Notes: generated by a model from the letters alone, not told the origin. Positions 33,864 through 44,700 are shown, counted from the first letter of the stretch. The stretch is 64,000 nucleotides of DNA from Atopobiaceae bacterium (GCA_017652285.1 JAGCBF010000345.1:8028-72027); one strand, 5' to 3'. Numbers and translations: made by a program.

Positions 33864-35609
33864 TCAAGGCGTCGCGCTCTGGCCCGCAAGGACACTTGCA
33901 ATGCATAAAGCAACACCAAAGAATACCGCAACCACAAGGGCCGGTATGTCCATAGTATTCGTAAACCCGCTATTCTTCGCATGTGCGCACAGTACATACG
34001 CAAATACCAGTATACCTATAGCAAGGGCTTGTCCCATTAAGGATGTGACAAGTTTGTGTCTTTGGGTAAGGAATGCACAGACTGCCGCGGCAAGACCGCA
34101 GCCCGCGGCAAGGATCCATGTGGAAGAGTCCAGGGCGACTGGCTTGAGGGCGTCCAGGATAAAGTCGGTAAAGAAGCCGGATCGCGTTGCGGCAGAGCAC
34201 AGCACGAAGAACAGGTAGCTGGCGGTGCCCGTAATGCCTGCAGGCAGGGGATCGAGCACAAATCCGCTAAGGCCCACGCCAACAAGGGGCGAGCCCAGGC
34301 ATGACGGGGCCAAGAACGCAACGCCTGCCATGCCGCGTCGGCGGCCGGCGATGCTCCACCACACCATTCCGCACAGCACGATAAGAAGCGCCAGGGGAAA
34401 CGCCATGCGTGCGGGTTGTGCCAGTACCGCGGCGGCGACCAGTAGCACGCCTGTCGCCCCGCCCAGGGGAGGCCAGGCGGCGCAGGCAAGCGCCAAGCCC
34501 GCCGTGCCCAGCACCAGTGCCTCGTGCGACTGCGGAATAATGTGGGGAATGGTAAGGTATGCCATCCACCCCGCCGCAACGGCCGTGAGCAGGCGCTCGA
34601 GGGCGGAGGGAAGCCACGGGGCGCGGTAGTTGAGCGCTGGTTTGAAGGCGCGCGGGTCGTCCTCGGGCTCTTCTCCCGCCTGTGAAAGCAGGTACACCAG
34701 GGACTCCCTGCCCTCGTCGACGTCGCCCAGCGCGCGGACAAGGTCGCGTGCGAACTCCTCTATGGAGGGCATGCGCAGCGTTTGGTTGGGTTCGAGCGCC
34801 TGCATGAGCGTGCCCTCCACGATGCCCGCAAGCTCGGGCTCGACCTTGGACAGCTCTGGGGACGGCCCGTGCTCTATGAGCGCGAGTGACTTCTCTGCCG
34901 TCTGCGCCGCAAAGGGACACTTGCCGGTGAGCGCCTCCCATACCACTACGGCAAGCGAGAATATGTCCGTGCGCTCGTCCACATAGTCGCCGGTGATCTG
35001 CTCGGGCGGCATGTAGCCCAGCGTGCCGCCGCGGGCGCCCCCGTAACCGGCAGCCGACGCAAGCGTCGCCATGCCAAAGTCCGTTACCTTTACCGTGCCG
35101 GACCGTTCTATGAGGATGTTCGCGGGTTTTATGTCCAGGTGAAGCGCTCGGTTTTCGTGCGCGTAGGCAAGGGCGGCGGCTACGCTGTCCACCACGTGCG
35201 CGCATTCGTCAAAGGAAAGCACGCCGTCTTCCACGCGCGAAAGCAGCTCGGCCAGGCTCATCCCGTCCACGTATTCCATGATGAGGTAGGAATAGCGCTC
35301 GTCGGCCAAGAAGTCGTATACCGCAACTATGTTATTGCTTTTGAGCATGCACTGCGTGCGCGCCTCGTCGAGCGCCGTGTTCATGGTCGTGGTCTGCGTG
35401 GACGAATCGTCGCCCACGGCAAGCGGAATCCGCTTGATTGCCACGCGGCGTTGCAGATGAGGATCCCAACAAATGAATACGGAACCAAAGCCTCCAACGT
35501 TGTTGACCTCCATCACGCGATAGCGATCGAACAGCACTGCGGGAGTCGGTTCGAAAAATGAGTCGGCAGGTGGTGTTTTTGGCGTAGTTCGTTGCACTGT
35601 GCTTCCCAT
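33864..35609 (-). CDS. Ser/Thr kinase with a polytopic C-terminal membrane domain (non-RD catalytic loop)
   Basis: GGFGSVFI, VAIKR, catalytic loop HLDIKPANIL (Leu in place of the usual Arg), DFG, and PPE in GYMPPEQ. The C-terminal ~250 aa contain about 7-8 hydrophobic segments. Confidence 0.88.
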   Translation of the reverse strand: MGSTVQRTTPKTPPADSFFEPTPAVLFDRYRVMEVNNVGGFGSVFICWDPHLQRRVAIKRIPLAVGDDSSTQTTTMNTALDEARTQCMLKSNNIVAVYDFLADERYSYLIMEYVDGMSLAELLSRVEDGVLSFDECAHVVDSVAAALAYAHENRALHLDIKPANILIERSGTVKVTDFGMATLASAAGYGGARGGTLGYMPPEQITGDYVDERTDIFSLAVVVWEALTGKCPFAAQTAEKSLALIEHGPSPELSKVEPELAGIVEGTLMQALEPNQTLRMPSIEEFARDLVRALGDVDEGRESLVYLLSQAGEEPEDDPRAFKPALNYRAPWLPSALERLLTAVAAGWMAYLTIPHIIPQSHEALVLGTAGLALACAAWPPLGGATGVLLVAAAVLAQPARMAFPLALLIVLCGMVWWSIAGRRRGMAGVAFLAPSCLGSPLVGVGLSGFVLDPLPAGITGTASYLFFVLCSAATRSGFFTDFILDALKPVALDSSTWILAAGCGLAAAVCAFLTQRHKLVTSLMGQALAIGILVFAYVLCAHAKNSGFTNTMDIPALVVAVFFGVALCIASVLAGQSATP

Positions 35610-35703
35610 TCACTCGTGCGCCCATTGTAACGCTATGAGGACATATGTCTAGTTGTTGCGCCGCGCGCCTAGGGACTTGTTTGGAAATTGGCAAAAAAAG
35701 CTG

Positions 35704-35732
35704 TTGTAATCGCTTTTGGTTTGTAGTACTAT
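35704..35732 (+). promoter_or_regulatory. Candidate sigma-70-type promoter for tRNA-Leu
   Basis: TTGTAA, a 17-nt spacer, then TACTAT. The tRNA starts 12 nt downstream. Confidence 0.5.
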
Positions 35733-35743
35733 CTATGTCCTAC

Positions 35744-35830
35744 GCGGGCGTGGCGGAATTGGCAGACGCGTACGGTTCAGGTCCGTATGGGGGCAACCCC
35801 GTGAAGGTTCAAGTCCTTTCGCCCGCACCA
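35744..35830 (+). tRNA. tRNA-Leu (anticodon CAG), long variable arm
   Basis: GCGGGCGTGGCGGAATTGGCAGACGCGTACGGTTCAGGTCCGTATGGGGGCAACCCCGTGAAGGTTCAAGTCCTTTCGCCCGCACCA. The anticodon stem TACGG/CCGTA carries loop TTCAGGT. The variable arm is GGGG-GCAA-CCCC. Confidence 0.92.
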
Positions 35831-35841
35831 TCGATTATCGG

Positions 35842-35870
35842 CGGTCTTGCTTCGGCAAGGCCGTTTTTTT
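35842..35870 (+). terminator. Rho-independent terminator after tRNA-Leu
   Basis: cggtcttgc - ttcg - gcaaggccg (one G-U pair), followed by T7. Confidence 0.8.
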
Positions 35871-35998
35871 GTCTACACAAACGTTCATAGCACGTGCGGC
35901 GCAGGTCCTGGAGGATTTTGCGGGTCGGTGGTAGGAATCACGACCGACCCAGCGTTATCCAGCGGACAAAACCGGGCATTCGTTTCGCTGCAACGGGA

Positions 35999-36190
35999 CT
36001 ACTCGTCGTCTTCGGTGTCGAACAGGTCCCAGTCGTCTGCGGTCTTCTTATGGTTGTAAAACTGCTTGCGCATGCGCTTCTCGAGCAGCCATGCAATGAG
36101 CAAAAACAGCAGCACGCCACTTCCCAGCAGCACAAACACGCCCGTTCGATCGTTAAAGAGCCAGTTGATGATGTTGTTGATTGAATCCAC
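35999..36190 (-). CDS. Small single-TM protein with acidic C-terminus
   Basis: 63 aa with TM segment GVFVLLGSGVLLFLLIAWLL and tail DWDLFDTEDDE. GC3-rich codon use resembles real genes. No family was recognised. Confidence 0.55.
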   Translation of the reverse strand: MDSINNIINWLFNDRTGVFVLLGSGVLLFLLIAWLLEKRMRKQFYNHKKTADDWDLFDTEDDE

Positions 36191-36336
36191 GAGTCGCGCC
36201 TTTCTTTGGTCATGCGCTTAAAAGTAGCACGCACAAGTATATACTTATCTATGCCGCGCGAAGGGTCTCGCGCAACGGCAGGCGGCGTTTCGCAAGGGAC
36301 GCCCAAAACAAGGACGCTCAAAAGAAAGGCATGCCC

Positions 36337-37623
36337 ATGCTCGACATCAAATTCGTACGAGAGAATCCCGACAAGGTGGACGAGGCCTGTGCGTCTCGGC
36401 AGAACGCGCACTGGGACCGTAGCCGCTTTTTTGAGCTGGACGAGCTTCGTCGTTCGACCATCACCCAGGTAGAGGCGCTGCAGGCCGAGCGCAACGCGGC
36501 GTCCAAGCAAATCGGCCAGCTTATGCGCGAGGGCAAGCGCGACGAGGCCGAGGCCGCAAAGGCGCAGGTCGCGGCCAACAAGGGCAAGATCGCCGAGCTG
36601 GAGGAGCTTCGCAAGACCTACGACAAGGACCTGTACGACCTGGTCGCCGGCATCCCCAACATTCCCGACGCGTCCGTGCCCTATGGCGCAGACGACTCCG
36701 ACAACCCCGAGGTGCGTCGTTGGGGCACGCCGCGCGCGTTTGACTTTAAGGCCAAGGCGCATTGGGACCTAGGCCCCGAGCTGGGCATCATTGACTTCGA
36801 CCGCGGTGTAAAGCTGGCGGGTACGCGCTTTTACGTGCTGGGAGGACTGGGCGCCCGACTGGAGCGTGCGCTTATCAACTTTATGATCGACTGTCACAAC
36901 GAGGCCGGCTTTAAAGAGTGGTGGCCTCCGGTGATCACCAACTACGCGTCGCTGTTTGGCACGGGTCAGCTCCCCAAGTTTGACGAGGACCTGTACCACG
37001 TGGGCGACGACATGTACCTCATTCCCACGGCAGAGGTCATGCTGACCAACCTGCATCGCGACGAGGTGCTCGACGGCGACAAGCTTCCCCTGTGGTACTG
37101 CGCCTTTACCCCGTGCTTCCGCGAGGAGGCGGGCAGCGCCGGCCGAGACACGCGCGGCATCATTCGCGTGCACGAGTTCGACAAGGTCGAGATGGTCAAG
37201 TTCGCCACGCCCGAGGACTCCATGAACCAGCTTGAGTCCATGACGGCCGAGGCGGAGCTCGTGCTGCAAAAGCTGGGCCTTCCGTACCGCGTGGTAACGC
37301 TGTGCACGGGCGACATTGGCTTTAGCGCACAAAAGACCTACGACATCGAGGTCTGGCTGCCCAGCTACGACGCGTACAAGGAGATTAGCAGCTGCTCCAA
37401 CTGCGGAGACTTCCAGGCGCGTCGCGCCAACATTAAGTATCGCGACCCGGCCAAGTTCAAGGGCACGCGCTACGCGCACACGCTCAACGGGTCCGGCCTG
37501 GCCGTGGGCCGCACCATGGCTGCCGTCATAGAGAACTACCAGAACGCAGATGGCACCATTACCGTGCCCGAGGCGCTGGTGCCCTACATGGGCGGGGTGG
37601 AGGTCATAGCCCCCGAGGCGTAA
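36337..37623 (+). CDS. serS: Seryl-tRNA synthetase
   Basis: The track ORF is 36181..37623. I prefer ATG 36337 (MLDIKFVRENP), and ATG 36331 is also possible. An N-terminal coiled coil is followed by class-II motifs (FREEAGSAGRDTRGIIRVHEF and NGSGLAVGR). Confidence 0.95.
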   Translation: MLDIKFVRENPDKVDEACASRQNAHWDRSRFFELDELRRSTITQVEALQAERNAASKQIGQLMREGKRDEAEAAKAQVAANKGKIAELEELRKTYDKDLYDLVAGIPNIPDASVPYGADDSDNPEVRRWGTPRAFDFKAKAHWDLGPELGIIDFDRGVKLAGTRFYVLGGLGARLERALINFMIDCHNEAGFKEWWPPVITNYASLFGTGQLPKFDEDLYHVGDDMYLIPTAEVMLTNLHRDEVLDGDKLPLWYCAFTPCFREEAGSAGRDTRGIIRVHEFDKVEMVKFATPEDSMNQLESMTAEAELVLQKLGLPYRVVTLCTGDIGFSAQKTYDIEVWLPSYDAYKEISSCSNCGDFQARRANIKYRDPAKFKGTRYAHTLNGSGLAVGRTMAAVIENYQNADGTITVPEALVPYMGGVEVIAPEA

Positions 37624-37644
37624 CGTGCTGATCGTTCGGTCGGA

Positions 37645-37696
37645 TGCCCTGCCGTGTGAATCCAAACAAAGAAGCGCGCGGCAGGGCAGTATTTTG
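37645..37696 (+). terminator. Possible terminator after serS
   Basis: tgccctgccg (37645-37654) pairs with cggcagggca (37679-37688), followed by attttgg. The loop is large (24 nt). Confidence 0.45.
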
Positions 37697-37717
37697 GAAA
37701 TACGTTAGAACAATAGT

Positions 37718-37745
37718 TTGCAAACGCTCTGCGATGTGGTACTAT
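37718..37745 (+). promoter_or_regulatory. Candidate promoter for the 137-aa gene
   Basis: TTGCAA, a 16-nt spacer, then TACTAT, about 38 nt upstream of ATG 37783. Confidence 0.4.
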
Positions 37746-37782
37746 AGCCTACAGTAAGAACAGATGTACGCGAGGAGGGGCC

Positions 37783-38196
37783 ATGGAGACCAAGCACATG
37801 TACGAATCGATGGGAACGACGCTTGCGGAGCAACGATTGGGGACGGAATACAGGCGTGTGTTCATGAGGAATCGCGGGCCTCTGCTGGAGGTATGCGAGT
37901 ATTCCCGTGGCCCGCAGACGCAGACGTGCTACGAGTCCGCCGCGCATCACCACGCGGTGCATCTGAGCGATTCCGGCTTGGAGGAGCTGGTAGCCAGTTG
38001 CTTTGCCACGGGAGAAGAGCACTTGGTCGACCTTATGGACAAGCTCGACAAGGAAAACGTGCCATACGGCTACCTCAACACGTCGGCGGGTAGGTACGTT
38101 TCGTATCGGCCTGCGCGCCGAGCGCCCCGAACTGCGCAAACGCGTGAGGACGAGCAGGAGGTCGTCGTCATACGTCCCGTGTTCAAGCTCGTGTAA
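37783..38196 (+). CDS. Hypothetical protein (137 aa)
   Basis: GAGGAGGGG lies upstream of the ATG. No motif was recognised. Confidence 0.55.
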   Translation: METKHMYESMGTTLAEQRLGTEYRRVFMRNRGPLLEVCEYSRGPQTQTCYESAAHHHAVHLSDSGLEELVASCFATGEEHLVDLMDKLDKENVPYGYLNTSAGRYVSYRPARRAPRTAQTREDEQEVVVIRPVFKLV

Positions 38197-38440
38197 TCGA
38201 TGTGGGGCCTGGCACAACAAAGGGGCGATCCTTTGCCGTGCCAGGCATGGTGTGACGCGTACAGGCGATTGCTCTCGAAGAGTCCACGGGAGTCAGCGCC
38301 GCAGGAATAGTGACACACACGAGGCTGCGTGGCGTGCCGATTACACCGTTAACCAAAGCGATAGGCCCGGTCTTGTCCATGTACTCGTCAGACACGATTC
38401 TTTGGAAGCCCTCGTTGCCGGGGTTGACGTACATGCCCAT
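38183..38440 (-). pseudogene. Probable 5' remnant of an AAA-ATPase-like/PD-(D/E)XK (DUF1703-type) gene
   Basis: MGMYVNPGNEGFQRIVSDEYMDKTGPIALVNGVIGTPRSLVCV resembles the conserved N-terminus of that family. The expected SRPRRFGKS Walker-like continuation is missing, and the frame decays and stops after about 85 codons. Confidence 0.3.
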
Positions 38441-38507
38441 GGAAGACCCTTCCCATCTGCATCTTGTAACCCTGCTATGGCAACACTCACCATTCAATAA
38501 GGTATAC

Positions 38508-38557
38508 TGTCGGCGACATGATGTCGCATCGATGTCGCGACATTGTCGCATGCGACA
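38508..38557. promoter_or_regulatory. Cluster of four overlapping palindromes built on TGTCGC/GCGACA half-sites (operator-like)
   Basis: The four palindromes are tgtcg-g-cgaca (38508-38518), gcgacat-g-atgtcgc (38513-38527), atgtcgcgacat (38532-38543) and tgtcgcatgcgaca (38544-38557). Confidence 0.5.
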
Positions 38558-38603
38558 GATGGCGGTCGCAAGGACGACCGACCAAGAGTGGGGTCGCTCA
38601 AAA

Positions 38604-38632
38604 TGGCCGAAAGGGGCCTAGCCCCAATCGGC
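38604..38632 (+). repeat. REP-like hairpin
   Basis: Exact consensus copy ggccgaaaggggcctagccccaatcggcc. Confidence 0.85.
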
Positions 38633-38789
38633 CAAACGAACGCAGTATTACGTTTACGCTAATTTACCTTACAAAGACCTTAATAATAGATTTGTACTGT
38701 TTGCGGGGCAGATTCTTCTGTAAAATTTACCCCGTATGGCCATCCGCTCTTTTACGTATCGCAAAAGAGCCATGAGAGAAGGGAGTGCC

Positions 38790-41700
38790 ATGAAAACTAA
38801 ACTGCATCTATGGGCAAGGAGGGCCATGGCGTTTTGGCTCTCCGTGGTCATGGCGATTGGAGGTGTACCTGCACAAGCGTTTGCGGAACCTGGGACTTGG
38901 GTGCCTTCGACGTATACGATCACCTATGGCGACGAATCTGGACACACGTATTCCGAGGTAAAAATAACCGACAATCTACGTATCCAAAGTAAATCTGTGA
39001 GTGAGATTGCGGAGTACCTTACGTGGCCACCTGGTACTTGCTCAGGCTTTCCTACCATTGTACCTTTAGCTGGATGCGTCTTTTCGATTGGTATGAGTGG
39101 AAGTGGTGATGCTGACATTGGCATAGGAGTCGGAAACCCAACAACAGTGACCCTTCCGGGTTACGGGAGAAGCATTGATCCTGATACCACCACCCCCGAC
39201 TGGAAGTTTACCGTGACGGTTAACGAGCAGAGGTCGCTCAAGAACGCCCAGGTCACCGCCGAGGACGTGGCGTATACCGGGCAAAAGGCCGACCCTGCCG
39301 TGTCGGTGACGTATGGTGGGACGCCCCTTGTCGAGGGAGTGGACTACGAGGTCGTGGTGCCGGAAGACGCGGTTGACGTGGGCTCTTACGAAGTGACGGT
39401 CAGACCCATCGAGGGCAGCACCACCTACAAGGACGAGCAGACCGCAGCCTTCAACGTCACGCGCGTGCCCGTGACGGTCAGCGGCATCACCGCCAACGAC
39501 AAGTCCTACGACGGCAACGAGATCGCGACGCTGGACACTACGCAGGCCGTCTTCGCCGGCATTGCCGACGGCGACGTGCTCACGGTCAACGTCACCGGCA
39601 CCTTCGCCGACGCCGAGCCGGGCGAGGGCAAGACGGTCACGTTCTCGCCCCTCACGCTGGGCGGCGAAGACGCCGGCAACTACTACCTGGTCGACGGCAA
39701 CCAGACCACCACGAAGGCGAGCATCACCAAGAAGCGGGTCACCGTCTCGGGCATCACCGCCAAGGACAGGGCCTACAGCGCGGGGGACACGTCGGCGGAG
39801 CTTGACACCGGCCAGGCGAGGTTCGACGGGCTCATCGGCAACGACATGCTCGGCGTGACCGGGACGGGCGAGTTCGAGGACGACGCCGTCGGCGAGAACA
39901 AGACGGTGACCATCAAGGACCTCGCACTGGATCCCGAATCCGCCCGCTACGAGCTCGACGCCGACAAGAGCCAGAAGACCACGACGGCAAGCATCACGGC
40001 GCTCAACGACGTCGCGGGCGCGAGCGTGACAGTCGGCAACTACCAGTACATCGGGTCGCAGATCAGGCTCGGTGCCGACAAGCTCACGGTCAAGAGCGGC
40101 GACAAGACGCTCGTGGCCGGCACGGACTTCGAGGTCGATCCCGAGGGATACGGCGAGAACCGCAACGTCGGCACGGGCACCCTCACCATCAAGGGCAAGG
40201 GCGGCTACGTCGGCACCAAGGACGTCGAGTTCAACATCATCCCGAGGAAGGTGACCGTCAGCGGCGTCAAATCGGGCGACAAGCCCTACGACGGCACCAG
40301 CATGGCGGCCATCAACACCGAGGACGCGAAGATCGAAAACATAATCGCCACCGACGAGGGCAAGCTCACGTTGACCGGCACTGGCTACTACGCCGACGCC
40401 GACGGAAACGAGACCAGCCAGCCCAACAACACCAACGTCATGTACACCCTGGAGCTCGCCGGTGACGTCGCGGCCAACTACACCCTCACGAACCCCGAGG
40501 GCGTGACGGCCGGCAAGATACTGCCGAACGAGGGCGCCTTCGAGATCACCGTTGAGGATCAGGTCTACACGGGTCAGCAGATCAGGCCCGAGGGAGACGC
40601 CGTCGTGGTGAAGAGCGGCGACAAGACGCTCGTGGCCGGCACGGACTACGACATTACGGGGTACGGCAACAACGTAAACGTCGCCGACGGCGGCACCGTG
40701 ACCGTAATGGGCAAGAACGGATACCAGAAGTCCCAGGAGGCCGACTTCAACATCCTGCCGCTGGGAGTCAAGGTCTCCGGCATCACCGCCGAGAACAAGA
40801 CCTACAACGCGGCGACCAACGCGACCCTGGTCTTCGACGACGCCACGCTCGACGGCGTCATCGAGGCCGACAAGGGCCATGTCCAGGTCACCGCCAAGGG
40901 CGCGTTCGAGGACGCGAACGCGGGAGACGGCAAGACCGTCAACATCTCCGACCTCGCGCTCACGGGCGACAAGGCGGGCAACTACGCGCTCGAGACCGAG
41001 GGCCAGCAGGACGCCACGACCGCCAACATCACGAAGCGCTACGTGGTGGTGAACGGCATCAAGGCCGAGGACAAGGTCTACGACGGCACCACAGACGCCT
41101 CGGTCGTTACGAAGGACGCCACGCTTGACGGCAAGGAACAGGGCGACGACCTGTTCGTCAACGCAACGGGCAGCTTTGAGAGCGCGGATCCGGACGACGA
41201 GACCCCGAAGACGGTTACCTTCTCGACCCTGACGCTTGTTGGCAAGGACGCCAATAACTACACGATCGATCCTGACAGCGAAACCACCACCAAGGCGAAG
41301 ATCTTCAAGAAGGAGATCACGGTCTCCGGCATCACCGCCAAGGACAAGGTGTACGACGGAAATACCGATGCCACGCTCGAGCTCGACAACCTCAAGATCG
41401 ACGGTCTCGTGGGCAACGAGTCCGTTACCCTGAGTGGCCTTACAGGAGCGTTCGAAAACGCAGAGGTTGGCGTAAACAAGACCGTCAACATCGACTACGC
41501 GGAAGCGGCGCTCGACGGAACCGACAAAGACCACTACAAGCTCAATACAGATAGCTCCCAGAAGACCACCAAGGCGACCATCTACGAAAAGGACGCGGTC
41601 CCTGTTATCGTTAAGGTCAGACAGGTTCAAAACAAGGTCTACGACGGCAACGCGTACACGAACCCCGAAGAGACAAGACTCGACGTTGAGGGTGCCGAAG

Positions 41701-44700
41701 GCGTTACGGCTACGGGTACGTACGTATTCGTCAACGAGACCGGCAACGCCGACCCCAACGTTGGTACCAACAAGCGTGTCATCGTGGCGGACGTGACGCT
41801 CCAGGTTGACGAACAGGACACCACCAAGTACTACGTCGACTACGACAACTCCGTGCTCGAGACCAAGGCCAGCATTACGCCGAAGGAAGTCAAGGTCACG
41901 GCCAAGGACAAGTCCAAGGTGTTTGGTACCGCCGACCCCGTGCTCGAGGTTGAGGAAGAGGGCCTAATTGAAGGCGACACCATCGCCTACAACAAGTACC
42001 GCGACGCAGGCGAGGACGTGGGAACCTACACCATCCACCTGGACGGTGCCGAGCGCCAGGGCAACTACAAGGTCACCTACACCGACGCCACGTTCACCAT
42101 CACCGCCGCCGCCGTCACCGTCAGCGGCATCAAGGCCGAGGACAGGGTCTACGACGGCACCACGGACGTGACCTTCGTCTACGACGACGTCGTGATCGCG
42201 GGCATCGCCGACGGCGCGGACGTCAGCGTGGTCGCCGAGGGCGCGTTCAGGTGGAAGAACGCCAACCCGGACAAGACGGCCAACATCACCAAGCTCACCC
42301 TCACCGGAAAGGACGCCAAGAACTACTCGCTGGCGCTCACCGGCAACCAGACGTCCACCACCGCGAACGTGTTCCCCGCCCCCGTCACCTTCTCCGGCGT
42401 GACGGCGGAGGGCAAGACCTACGACGGCACCCCCGACGCGACGCTCGTCCTCGACGACGTGAAGCTCGAGGGCGTCGTGGCGGGCGAGGAGAGCCAGGTT
42501 AAGCTCGACGTCTCCGGCAGCTTCGTGAACAAGAACGTCTACCGCAAGGACGGCGAGCCCTCCAACAAGCGCATCTACCTCGACCTCGAGGGCGCGGCGC
42601 TCACCGGCAGCGGCGCGAAGAACTACGTGCTCGACACCGAGAGCAGCCAGAAGACCACGTCGGCCGTCATCTCCCCCAAGGAGGTCACCGTCACCGGTCT
42701 CAAGGCCGAGAACAAGCCCTACGACGGGAACGACAAGGCGAGCATCGACGTGAGCGGCGCCAAGTTCGCCAACGGCGACGTCGTCGCCGGCGACGACGTC
42801 GAGGTGGAGAGCGCCGAGGGCAAGTTCGCCGACGCGGAGGTCGGCACCGGCAAGGCCGTCTCGCTCACCGAGGGCAGCATCAAGCTCAAGGGCGCGGACG
42901 CCGGCAACTACGTCCCCGACGGAGACAGCTACAAGGTCAACCCGCCCCTGACCGCCGACATCATAGGCGTCGAGTACAGGCTCGAGATCGACGACAAGAC
43001 CAAGGTCTACGCCGAGGACGAGCCGGAGCTCACGGCGCAGCTCAAGGACAAGGACGGCAAGCCCGTCACGGACGTCGAGCTCTCGTACGCGCTGACCCGC
43101 GAAGCGGGCCAGGACGCGGGCGACTACGCCATCACCGCCGAGGCCACGGGCGACGCAAAGACCGAGACGATCGGGGGCGTCAAGTACCTCCTCCAGGGCG
43201 GCTACACCGTCGCGATCGTCGAGGGCACGCTCACCATCGCCCGCGCGGAGGTCACCGTCACCGCCAAGGACGCCACGAAGGTGTACGGCGACGACGACCC
43301 CGCCTACGAGGCCACGGTCGAGGGCCTCATCGACCCCGACACGCCGGACGCCATCGAGTACGAGTTCGAGCGCGAGGAGGGCGAGGACGTGGGAGACTAC
43401 GTGCTCACCGCGACGGGCGACGAGACCCAGGGCAACTACAGGGTCACCTTCAACCCGACCTCCGGGCAGGAGGGCGGAGACGCGCACCTCACCATCACCC
43501 CGCGCACCGTGTCCGTGTCCGGCATCACGGCCGCCGACAAGGTCTACGACCGGACCAAGGCGGTGGCGCTCGACGCGACCAAGGCGACCATCGACAACGT
43601 CGCCGGGCGCGACGAGGGCAAGGCCGACCAGCTGGCCGTCGCCGCGGAGGGCGAGTTCGAGACCGCGAACGCCGGCACCGACGTGAAGATCAACCTGACC
43701 AAGGTCGAGCTCGTGGGCACGAACGCGAAGAACTACGTCCTCGACGCCGAGAGCTCCCAGACCAGCACGACCGCCAACATCTGGCGCAAGGACGCGACCG
43801 TCAAGCCCGCCGACGCGAGCAAGACCTACGGCGACTTCGACCCCGTCTTCACCGCGCAGGTCGACGGCCTGATCCTGGGCGACTACGTGCACTACGACCT
43901 CAGCCGCAACGCGGGCGAGGACGCGGGCACGTACGACATCAACGCCACGGGCGAGTGGATGCAGGGCAACTACCTCGTCACCTTCGAGAAGGCGACGTTC
44001 ACCATCAACAAGAAGGCCGTGACCGTCGACGGCATCAAGGGCGTCGACAAGGTCTACGACGCGACCACCGACGCCGACCTCGACACGACCGAGGCCACGG
44101 TGCACGACCTCGCGTTCGACGACGAGCTCACCGTCACCGCGACGGGCAAGTTCGAGGACAAGGACGTCAAGCTCGAGGAGGGCAAGCCGGCCGCCAAGAA
44201 GGTCGAGATCGACAACATCACGCTCGTGGGCGCCAAGGCCAAGAACTACGAGATGGCCGCTGAGGGCCAGCAGGCCGAGGCCGCCGCGACCATCACCCCC
44301 GCGCCGCTCAAGGTCGCGGGCATAACCGCCTCCGACAAGGTGTACGACGGCGACGCCAAGGCCACGCTCGACGTGACCGCGGCCACCTTCGAGACCGTCT
44401 TCGACGGCGACGAGGTGAGCGTCGAGTCCGCCACCGGCGCGTTCGCGAGCAAGAACGTCCGCCGCGACGCCAACGACAACGTCCTCGTCAAGCGCGTCGA
44501 CATCTCCGAGGTCAGGCTCGGCGGCGCCGACAAGGACAACTACGCCGTCGACCCGGCCGAGGGCGTCCAGACCACCGCCAACGCCAAGATCACGCCCAAG
44601 CAGGTCACCGTCGGCGGCATCACCGCCGAGGACAAGGACTACGACGGCGAGGTCGAGGCCACGCTCAAGTTCGACGAGGCGACCTTCGACGGCCTCATCG

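Noticed and set aside
36191-36336. T-box leader upstream of serS
   Set aside because: No conserved T-box sequence or specifier-loop architecture is recognisable, and the region is only ~145 nt.
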